A DNA stretch of 64,000 nt from a virus. Location: positions 31,046-95,045 of IMG/VR virus record IMGVR_UViG_3300020213_000023; one strand, written 5' to 3'. The notes under the pieces were generated by a model. The model was not told the origin of the DNA. It ran no database searches and saw only the letters and a list, made by a program, of their open reading frames with translations. Below are positions 57,208 to 64,000 of this stretch, one piece after another. Position 1 is the first letter of the stretch; the number at the start of each line of letters is the position of its first letter. The position numbers and the translations under genes are program-made.

Positions 57208-57599
57208 TGCTTACCAAGGCCGCAACAGAAGGTGCTCTTGCCGCGTGCGATCGGTTCGGTGTCGACGCAGAGAAGCTCGCCGCTGTGGCTCCCACGAGCT
57301 TCTTGTCCTCGGTAATCCCGCGGGCAAAGGCATTCGGGCAAAGCCAGTGGGGCGCCGCGAAGTCTCTCGTCAACAACGCACGTGGCGGACTTGGTGGACG
57401 GCTCAGCCCTGACTTCAAGGGAAGCTTGGACCCAAGCCACCTTGAACTGGGGCGCGCGGCACACCGCTCTCAGGCAGTAGGGAACCTCAAGACCCTCGCG
57501 CCTACGCTGGCCGGCGTGGGCGGTCTCGGCCTGCTCAATCACATGAGCAACAAGAAGAAGGAGCAAGCACAGCTCCAACAGCCGCAAGGACGTTTCTAA
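57207..57599 (+). CDS. Putative head-internal / ejection protein with shared leader
   Basis: AAGGAG SD; KAATEGALAACDRFGVDAEKLAA; Gly-rich hydrophobic C-terminal helix. Confidence 0.7.
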   Translation: MLTKAATEGALAACDRFGVDAEKLAAVAPTSFLSSVIPRAKAFGQSQWGAAKSLVNNARGGLGGRLSPDFKGSLDPSHLELGRAAHRSQAVGNLKTLAPTLAGVGGLGLLNHMSNKKKEQAQLQQPQGRF

Positions 57600-57606
57600 A
57601 AAATCC

Positions 57607-59403
57607 GTGGCGACTCTCGGCGAACACATGGTTGACGCGATCCTACCCGCGGAGTATCGCGGCCGTGGAACGCTCACGAAGCAGCGCCTCAACGAGATCC
57701 TCGTCGATATCGCGAAGAAACACCCCGACAAATATCCGGACATCGTCACCAAGCTCAAGCGGCTCGGCGACGAATGCGCGACACTTGAGGGCATTTCCGT
57801 AGGGCTCGACGACATCGCGCCGCACTACGAAACACGCGATGCGATCGTTTCGCCGTTCCACGCGCAGTTCAACAAAGCGCAACCGCATGAACGGGAGAAG
57901 ATTCTCCTCGACGCACAGAACGCGGTCCTCGGCCACACCAAGAACAACTCCGGCACGATGGGTGAGATGGTGCGGTCGGGCGGTCGCGGCAACGCTGCGC
58001 AGCTCATGCGCATCATTGGTGCGCCTATCCTCGCGCGAGACGAACGTGATCGTATCGTCCCGTGGTTCATTCCCCGTTCTTACGCCGAAGGGTTGAAGCC
58101 GTCCGACGCGTGGGTCGCCGGCAACGAAGCGCGTATAAACGCGATCAAGTCGAACATCTCCGTCGTCGAACCGGGTGACCTCGCCAAGATCCTCGTCAAC
58201 AACATGGGCGACAAGCTCATCTCGATGCCTGACTGCAAGACGTCCAACGGCGTCGCCATGAGCGCACGGGATGCACACGCGGTCGATCGCTATCTCGCAA
58301 AGCCCGTGAATGGCGTTACAGCCGGCACGTTGCTGACCCCCCAGACGCTTCAGCACCTGGGCGAGGCGATGCTCATCGTTCGATCGCCTATGACGTGTGA
58401 AGCACCGCACGGCATCTGCCAGCGCTGCCAAGGCTTGTCATCGACCGGACACGTACACTCTATCGGCACGAACGTTGGCATGCGTGCGGCGCAGGCATTG
58501 TCCGAACCTCTTACCCAGTTTTCACTCAATGCCAAACACGGCGGGCGTATCACGACCACCGACGACCACGTGAAGCGACCCGAAGGTATCAAGGGCGTGC
58601 GCCAGGTCCTCGAGGTCCCCGAGTCGTTTCTCCACAAAGCGACACTCGCGGACCACGCGGGAACAGTGGCTCGCATAGAGCCCGCACCCCAAGGCGGAAA
58701 CTACGTCTGGGTCGATCAGACCCGTCACTACGTACCGCCGGACCTGCGCGTCACGGTCACCAACGGCAAGCACGTGGAAGCGGGCGATACGCTTTCGAAT
58801 GGCGTGCCCAAACCTGACGAGATCGTGAAGCACAAAGGGCTCGGAGAGGGGCGGCGGTACCTCGTCGATACGCTTCACGACGTCTACAAGAGGTCTGGTG
58901 CGGACATCGACCGACGCCATATCGAAACCCTGGCGCGTTCGGTGCTCAATCACGTGTCGATCGAAGACCCAGGGGAAGACGACGCCCATGGGTTCATCAA
59001 GGGCGATATCGTCAACTACAATCGTTTCTCTGCCGCGTTGGCGTTGCATCAAAAGCAACTGCCTGTCGACGATGCAATCGGCGAAACACTCGCAGCGAAT
59101 ACGCTGCACTTTACGGCGGGAACTCACCTGACAGGTTCCGTGCGCGACACGCTCGTTAAGCACGGGATAAAGACGGTGGCGGTTGCGCAGAACGGGCCTC
59201 GGGCCGTTCCGATCATGCGCGCAGCGTCCCGCACGCCGTTGTTGAATCCAGACTGGATGGCGCGTCTGGGCCACCGATACCTCAAGCAGTCTCTGCTTGA
59301 AGGCGCGTGGCGGGGCGATGTAAGTGATACACACGGACCCCACCCGGTCCCGGCGTACGCTGCGGGAACCGAATTCGGCGAAGGATCGGAAGGGCACTAC
59401 TGA
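57607..59403 (+). CDS. rpoC: Phage RNA polymerase beta' C-terminal subunit
   Basis: GISVGLDD, MVRSGGRG, SYAEGL, DC..RSPMTC..GICQRC zinc site, trigger loop AAQALSEPLTQ..KHGG, RHIE. Confidence 0.92.
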   Translation: MATLGEHMVDAILPAEYRGRGTLTKQRLNEILVDIAKKHPDKYPDIVTKLKRLGDECATLEGISVGLDDIAPHYETRDAIVSPFHAQFNKAQPHEREKILLDAQNAVLGHTKNNSGTMGEMVRSGGRGNAAQLMRIIGAPILARDERDRIVPWFIPRSYAEGLKPSDAWVAGNEARINAIKSNISVVEPGDLAKILVNNMGDKLISMPDCKTSNGVAMSARDAHAVDRYLAKPVNGVTAGTLLTPQTLQHLGEAMLIVRSPMTCEAPHGICQRCQGLSSTGHVHSIGTNVGMRAAQALSEPLTQFSLNAKHGGRITTTDDHVKRPEGIKGVRQVLEVPESFLHKATLADHAGTVARIEPAPQGGNYVWVDQTRHYVPPDLRVTVTNGKHVEAGDTLSNGVPKPDEIVKHKGLGEGRRYLVDTLHDVYKRSGADIDRRHIETLARSVLNHVSIEDPGEDDAHGFIKGDIVNYNRFSAALALHQKQLPVDDAIGETLAANTLHFTAGTHLTGSVRDTLVKHGIKTVAVAQNGPRAVPIMRAASRTPLLNPDWMARLGHRYLKQSLLEGAWRGDVSDTHGPHPVPAYAAGTEFGEGSEGHY

Positions 59404-59954
59404 TGTTGGAAGACGCCTACCGCGCCGGCATGAAAGAAGCGTGTGACCGCTTCGGTATCAAAGAAGCGATGCCTGTGGGCGTTACTAACTTTGGCCGTCG
59501 CGCATGGAACGCAGCGTCAACCATTCCTCAGGTTTTGTTCGGCAACCCCATCAAAGCGTATCGCGAGGGGATGGGCACCTTCCGCCGCGGTGGTGTCATG
59601 GACCCGGTGGCTGCGTTCTGGCCTTCCGTAGCTAAGGGTCCCGCCGGTGAGCGATTGCCGCAGGCGCTGGGATGGCTCAGTCGAGCAGAAACCGCTACGT
59701 CTGGGTATGGCGTCTACAAAGCGATGAAGGGCGAGGGCGGCGACCCCAACGAAGGTCGTTTGTCCAACACCCTCAGCGCACTTGGGAGCGCTGCCGGCCT
59801 GGGCTTCGGTTTTCCCACCGTAGGAGCCCTCGGCGCGCCTCTTGTTGCACGCGCAGGGGCTTCCCTTGGTAAAGGGGTAGGTCGCGTATTTGGCAGCACA
59901 CCAGAACCACAGCAACTCGACCCGTTGATGTACGGGCAAGGGGTTTACCAGTGA
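59403..59954 (+). CDS. Putative ejection protein with shared leader and glycine zipper
   Basis: DAYRAGMKEACDRFGIKEA; ALGSAAGLGFGFPTVGALGAPLVARAGASLGKGVG. Confidence 0.7.
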   Translation: MLEDAYRAGMKEACDRFGIKEAMPVGVTNFGRRAWNAASTIPQVLFGNPIKAYREGMGTFRRGGVMDPVAAFWPSVAKGPAGERLPQALGWLSRAETATSGYGVYKAMKGEGGDPNEGRLSNTLSALGSAAGLGFGFPTVGALGAPLVARAGASLGKGVGRVFGSTPEPQQLDPLMYGQGVYQ

Positions 59955-60178
59955 CCCTCAAGAAATCGTATGACGAGGGCGTCAGGACGGCGCTCAATCA
60001 TTTTTGTGTTCGAGATGTAAAAATCGCGAACATGATTAGGGGTGCGGCGGGGTATAACCCAACGCTCAACCCTGCACAGTCTTCGGCAACCGCTATGCCG
60101 TCTGTAATGCCGAAGCCTGCGACACCCCCGACTGCACCGGTCGCAAGTGGCGCTAGTAAGGCAAACGTCCTCGGTTGA
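59951..60178 (+). CDS. Small protein with shared leader
   Basis: KSYDEGVRTALNHFCVRDVKIA; Pro/Ala-rich remainder. Confidence 0.65.
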   Translation: MTLKKSYDEGVRTALNHFCVRDVKIANMIRGAAGYNPTLNPAQSSATAMPSVMPKPATPPTAPVASGASKANVLG

Positions 60179-60198
60179 TTTGTGTAACCGAGGGTTTT

Positions 60199-60208
60199 GG
60201 CCTACCAT
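60199..60208 (+). promoter_or_regulatory. Putative promoter GGCC-TACCAT
   Basis: Matches the CC-TAnnnT motif; intergenic, upstream of GAGGAG SD and ATG 60255. Confidence 0.5.
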
Positions 60209-60254
60209 TTTGCAGCTAAACAACCGCTTTCAGACGACTCGAGGAGACGACAAC

Positions 60255-61526
60255 ATGTTCAAGAACGCATACGTTCGAGGCGTCACAAACGCGCTGATCC
60301 AAAGCGGTCATGTTGCGTTTCCCGACGAGGATTCCGCGGCCAAGATCGCGGACTTCATTGGCGATCGTGCGGATTTCGATCCGCACAACATGACACGCGA
60401 AGTCGCGTTGAAGATCGCCAACGCCGTCATCGAAGCATCGGAACACCTCGTCGCGAAGGGCTACAAGGCCGCCGCGGTCACGATGAAGGTTGCTTCCGTC
60501 GAGGACCTCGGCAAGCTCGCCCATGCCCACGTCATCCACTTGATGGAGAAGGCCGCTGAAGGCTCGACCATCGAGGGCGGTGACAAGGGCAACGCGGAGT
60601 CGAACTCCGCTGAGGGCAAGATGGACGCGTCGCAGCGTCCGCCTGGCTACGCCGAGAACTCGCTCGGCAGCTCTGCCGTCGATACCCGCCCGGGTGCCGT
60701 AGGCAAGGAGCAGCCGCAACCCAACGCGCCGTCGGAGTCGCCGTCAGGGTCGAACTCGATCACGGATGCCTCGAAGGCGGCCTCGCTCGGCGCGCTGATC
60801 AAGAAGGTCGCTGAAGGCACGACGATCCTGGGCGGCGACAAGGGCAACACGGAGCCGACCACAGCAGAGGGCAAGATGGACGCAGCGATGCGTCCGCCCG
60901 GCTACGCCGTCCTGCCCGGCCAGGGCGACCTCGGCGAGCTGATGAACCAGGTCAGCAGCAACGCGGTTGTTGGCCGCGAGACCCCGCATCCGAACGCGCC
61001 CTCCGAGTCGCCGTCGGGTTCGAACTCGCTCACAGAGCACTCGTCCAAGGCGGCAGCCGAGGACCCGTTCGTCGCTGTCTTCAAGAATACCGCGACCGAG
61101 ATCGTTCGGTACCTCCCGGCCTCTCTGGATGACTACGCGAAGATCGCCCACGTTCGTGCCTGTATGGGCCTGTCGATGAACGAGAAGGCGCACTATCTCG
61201 TCGGCCTCCAAAAGGAGGCAGCGGACAAGACCGCGGCGAAGGCGCGGGCTGCCGCACCGTCCTACCAAGGCTACGACGGCCGTAACGCGAACCAGCGCAA
61301 GGTCGCGGAGATGCCGGCATTCATCCAAGAGAAGATCGACGCCCGGAAGGAAGAGGGCGGCGAGAAGAAGGACGATGACAAGGCGTCCGGCGGCTTCCCG
61401 TTCGCCAAGAAGGATGACGAGAAGAAGGACGAGAAGAGCGAGGACAAGAAGGACGAGGACAAGAAGGAAGCGTCCCTCGCTGCTCACTTCCGTCGTATCT
61501 CGGCCTCGATCAACTCGGCTGCGTAA
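60255..61526 (+). CDS. Putative head scaffold / core protein with internal duplication
   Basis: GAGGAG SD; leader KNAYVRGVTNAL; two ~80-aa repeats; more than 10 KxA sites; K/D/E-rich tail. Confidence 0.7.
   Translation: MFKNAYVRGVTNALIQSGHVAFPDEDSAAKIADFIGDRADFDPHNMTREVALKIANAVIEASEHLVAKGYKAAAVTMKVASVEDLGKLAHAHVIHLMEKAAEGSTIEGGDKGNAESNSAEGKMDASQRPPGYAENSLGSSAVDTRPGAVGKEQPQPNAPSESPSGSNSITDASKAASLGALIKKVAEGTTILGGDKGNTEPTTAEGKMDAAMRPPGYAVLPGQGDLGELMNQVSSNAVVGRETPHPNAPSESPSGSNSLTEHSSKAAAEDPFVAVFKNTATEIVRYLPASLDDYAKIAHVRACMGLSMNEKAHYLVGLQKEAADKTAAKARAAAPSYQGYDGRNANQRKVAEMPAFIQEKIDARKEEGGEKKDDDKASGGFPFAKKDDEKKDEKSEDKKDEDKKEASLAAHFRRISASINSAA
60549..61055 (+). repeat. Diverged direct repeat (60549-60782 and 60804-61055)
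   Basis: K(A/V)AEG(S/T)TIxGGDKGN..AEGKMDA..RPPGYA..VG.E.P.PNAPSESPSGSNS.T..SKAA occurs twice. Confidence 0.9.
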
Positions 61527-61551
61527 ACGTACTGGCCAGGAGGCCGCTTCA

Positions 61552-61728
61552 ATGCTTAGCCGTCGAGCCCGTCTCGCGGGCGTTCAAATCATTGAAGCGG
61601 CCCTCTCTAAAACCGCGTTTGTCTCCGTGCCAACTCTGGCATCGTTGAAGGCAAAGAAGACCCGGGAACTCGACTCGCTTCCCACGGCGAGCGCTGAGGT
61701 CCCTAAAGTCGTTTCTACGCCCCTCTGA
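61552..61728 (+). CDS. Small protein (58 aa), degenerate leader plus KTA site
   Basis: AGGAGG SD; MLSRRARLAGVQIIEAALSKTAF; the ORF track shows it only as the tail of a longer frame. Confidence 0.55.
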   Translation: MLSRRARLAGVQIIEAALSKTAFVSVPTLASLKAKKTRELDSLPTASAEVPKVVSTPL

Positions 61729-61741
61729 AAAGGCGATCCAA

Positions 61742-64000
61742 ATGCCGAGCATGAGCCCCAAGACACAGCAGTTCCAGACGGCAGCAGGAGCCGGCGTCGA
61801 CCAGGCAACTCAGCTGTTCGAGCAGGGCTTCTCGCAAATGGCCTACAACGTCCTGATGTCAAGACTGCCGGACATCGTACAGGACGTAGTGACGTTCAAA
61901 ATTATCGACACCGACGCAGATCGCGGCGTGGGTGTTGGTGCGTTCGTGGTCATGCGGAACGACAATCCGCTCTACATCCCTGTGGTGATGACCGACAACA
62001 ACATCAAGCCCCTCGAGCTGGTCTACCACAAGACCCTCAACATCTTCCTCCCGCTGTCGAGTCAGTGGCTCGGAGAGTTGGACAAAACTTCGCTCACGTC
62101 GATGGGCAAGGGCGTCAAGACACCCGAGACTCTCTACACCGACGTCGACATTCGTAACGTCGTGGTGCCGCCCATGACCGGACGCTTTTCGTACGCCGCG
62201 TGGGCGCCGGTGATTCTTGCAGACGTCGCTAAGGTTCTCGACAAGGACACAATCGAAAAGGTGGCTGCAGAGCCTTCTCTGGTCCTGATCGACTTCCTCA
62301 CCAAGGCACCCAATCGCGTCAAGTCTGCATTTGCGCGCATGCTCCAGAAGAACACTAAAACGCTCAAGACCGCCGCACGTATTTACGGCGTGAAAGCGTT
62401 GACCGAAGCACTTCGGCACAACGTTGAGAAGACGGCAGCCAAGCAACTCTACGGCGGCGCCTTGTGGATTGCCGACAAAGACACAAAGCCGACTGAGTTC
62501 AAGCGTATCTTCGGCGAGAACGCGGCCGAGGCGTACTCGGGCGTTCGCCTCAAGGGCTACGCCGCCAAGGACAGCCGCACGCACCGCAACATGGCGGTGC
62601 AGGAGCAGACGCACGAGACCTGGACCGAGCCCAACCAGCCCGGCGTCTATGTTCTCTTTGGTGTCGACGGAACGGAGAAGCCCGCGCTTATCGTGCCGAA
62701 CCCGATCGATCTGTTCCACACAAGCGAGTACGACCGTCACGACATGGCGCGAGGTCACTCGCACGCCAACGGGCGTCGCAAGTACACCGGAAGCGACAAG
62801 TACCTCGCGGTGTTCCCCAACGGGGACTACCTTCAAACCGGGGCATTGGCCGGACGGCAATCGAGTATCGACGAGATCTCTGGCAGCACGCTGTACCGCA
62901 ACGTGTTCGGGGAGGCGGCAGGCGAGCCGCGTCAGGGCAAGGGCGTGTTCATCCGCCAGCGCGGAGCTTCTATCCAGGCAACGTGTCCCCTCGAAATCAA
63001 GTCGATGTCGACAGGGTCCGATGGCGTCCGTCGCATGGTGGTGTCGGGTCTGTTTGGCTACCGCGAAAAGACTCTCGTTACACAGCCGGGCAGTGCACTC
63101 GGTCAAATCACCACGCCCCGCGACGCGGGCGTGGCGTATCTTCCCAATGATTTCGTATGGGTTCCTCTCAAGGAATCTCTCGATTCGAGGTCATTCTTCC
63201 GGGACGTGCAAGACTTGGCGCGAGACGCCTATCACGCACTTGCGTCGGTCGGAGCCAAGAAGATTGCCGTCAAGAACGCAGGGCATGGAATGTTCTCGAT
63301 CAACGGAGCGCTGTCGCTCGAGCGCGTCCCCGCACTAAAAAAACTGGCGACCGACTACGTGCTTCCTGTCGAAGTCGTCGAACAGCTCCTCGAGAAGGCT
63401 GCGACTGACCGCCGCGTCGACGTATGGATCACCTCTGGTGAGACGCTGGCAAAAGCCCAGATGAAGTTGGGCTGGCCGCACAAGAAGGAAAAGGACGACG
63501 GCGGCGACAGCGAAAAGAAGGAGACCGCCAAGAAGAAGCCCGAAGGCGGTGGGGGTGAAGCTCCTCCGCAGGACCCGGGGATGGACCCGAGCATGGACCC
63601 GTCGATGGGCGGAGATCCGTCGATGGGCATGGCGCCGCCGGCTCCGCCGCCTCCGTCTCCCACCGACATGGCAGCAGCGGAGATGGACCAGCACATCCAA
63701 CAGGAGATGCAGAAACTCGTCGAGAAGCAGCAAATGCTGCAGGCACTCACCATGCGCGCCAACGAGATCGCAGGAGGCGCTCCGATGATGCCGACGGTGC
63801 AAAACCAGATGATGGGCGCACCTCCTCCATCAGCGAACCTGGCGACCGGACAACCGACGCCAGGCGGTAGCATGGGCGGCATGGACCCGATGGCGGGCGG
63901 CGGCATGGGTGGCGACCCGTCGATGATGGCGGCTCCCGGAGGCGCATTGCCACAAGACATGGGTGGCATGGATCCCGCCATGGGTGGCGATCCGTCAATG
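61742..64000 (+). CDS. Large putative head protein, >753 aa, runs off the window (absent from the ORF track)
   Basis: Uninterrupted frame MPSMSPKTQQFQ..YIPVVM..IKPLEL..VVPPMTGRFSYAA..; EKVAA, EKTAA and EKAAT sites; MDPSM/GG repeats at the end. Confidence 0.85.
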   Translation, partial: MPSMSPKTQQFQTAAGAGVDQATQLFEQGFSQMAYNVLMSRLPDIVQDVVTFKIIDTDADRGVGVGAFVVMRNDNPLYIPVVMTDNNIKPLELVYHKTLNIFLPLSSQWLGELDKTSLTSMGKGVKTPETLYTDVDIRNVVVPPMTGRFSYAAWAPVILADVAKVLDKDTIEKVAAEPSLVLIDFLTKAPNRVKSAFARMLQKNTKTLKTAARIYGVKALTEALRHNVEKTAAKQLYGGALWIADKDTKPTEFKRIFGENAAEAYSGVRLKGYAAKDSRTHRNMAVQEQTHETWTEPNQPGVYVLFGVDGTEKPALIVPNPIDLFHTSEYDRHDMARGHSHANGRRKYTGSDKYLAVFPNGDYLQTGALAGRQSSIDEISGSTLYRNVFGEAAGEPRQGKGVFIRQRGASIQATCPLEIKSMSTGSDGVRRMVVSGLFGYREKTLVTQPGSALGQITTPRDAGVAYLPNDFVWVPLKESLDSRSFFRDVQDLARDAYHALASVGAKKIAVKNAGHGMFSINGALSLERVPALKKLATDYVLPVEVVEQLLEKAATDRRVDVWITSGETLAKAQMKLGWPHKKEKDDGGDSEKKETAKKKPEGGGGEAPPQDPGMDPSMDPSMGGDPSMGMAPPAPPPPSPTDMAAAEMDQHIQQEMQKLVEKQQMLQALTMRANEIAGGAPMMPTVQNQMMGAPPPSANLATGQPTPGGSMGGMDPMAGGGMGGDPSMMAAPGGALPQDMGGMDPAMGGDPSM

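Noticed and set aside
52052-59403. Host chromosomal rpoBC operon
   Set aside because: No ribosomal protein genes nearby; flanked by portal and head genes; large deletions and a novel fusion/split
61859-63981. Several - strand and off-frame ORFs (415, 304, 208 aa)
   Set aside because: Shadows of the unlisted + strand gene starting at 61742
1-64000. Stop-codon reassignment, tRNA or rRNA genes
   Set aside because: Genes are full length under code 11 and end in TAA, TAG and TGA; intergenic gaps are short and I saw no cloverleaf or rRNA signature by eye

Overview
This 64-kb window is a segment of a large, GC-rich tailed phage with a contractile tail; it is not host chromosome. Three blocks are visible. 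(1) 96-19383 (+): tail and baseplate genes, including a tape-measure-like protein, a baseplate hub with an inserted lytic transglycosylase domain, an M23 peptidase, gp25-like and baseplate J-like wedge proteins and a beta-helix tailspike, plus an embedded sigma factor. (2) 19380-49720 (mostly -): DNA metabolism genes, including class II RNR, RuvC, a DUF932-like protein, an AAA+/vWA-peptidase pair, a DEDDh exonuclease, UDG-PolA, a primase-helicase, two PD-(D/E)XK nucleases, an SSB-like protein, ParB and a SNF2 helicase. Four + strand islands interrupt this block (two virion-like gene pairs, the terminase, a second sigma factor). (3) 49838-64000 (+): portal, a phage multisubunit RNA polymerase rearranged as a beta-beta'N fusion plus a separate beta'C gene, and a cluster of probable head-internal proteins. 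The most striking inferred system is a capsid-cargo targeting and processing code. Five or six unrelated small proteins around the RNAP genes share a ~25-aa N-terminal leader (AYxxGxxxAxxxFG...KxA), K-x-A sites bound repeats and domains, and a complete small alpha/beta-hydrolase domain flanked by such sites is inserted inside the RNAP beta subunit. Several transcription units start with TAnnnT exactly 6 nt before the start codon, suggesting leaderless mRNAs. All functional calls come from motif recognition by eye; no searches were run.
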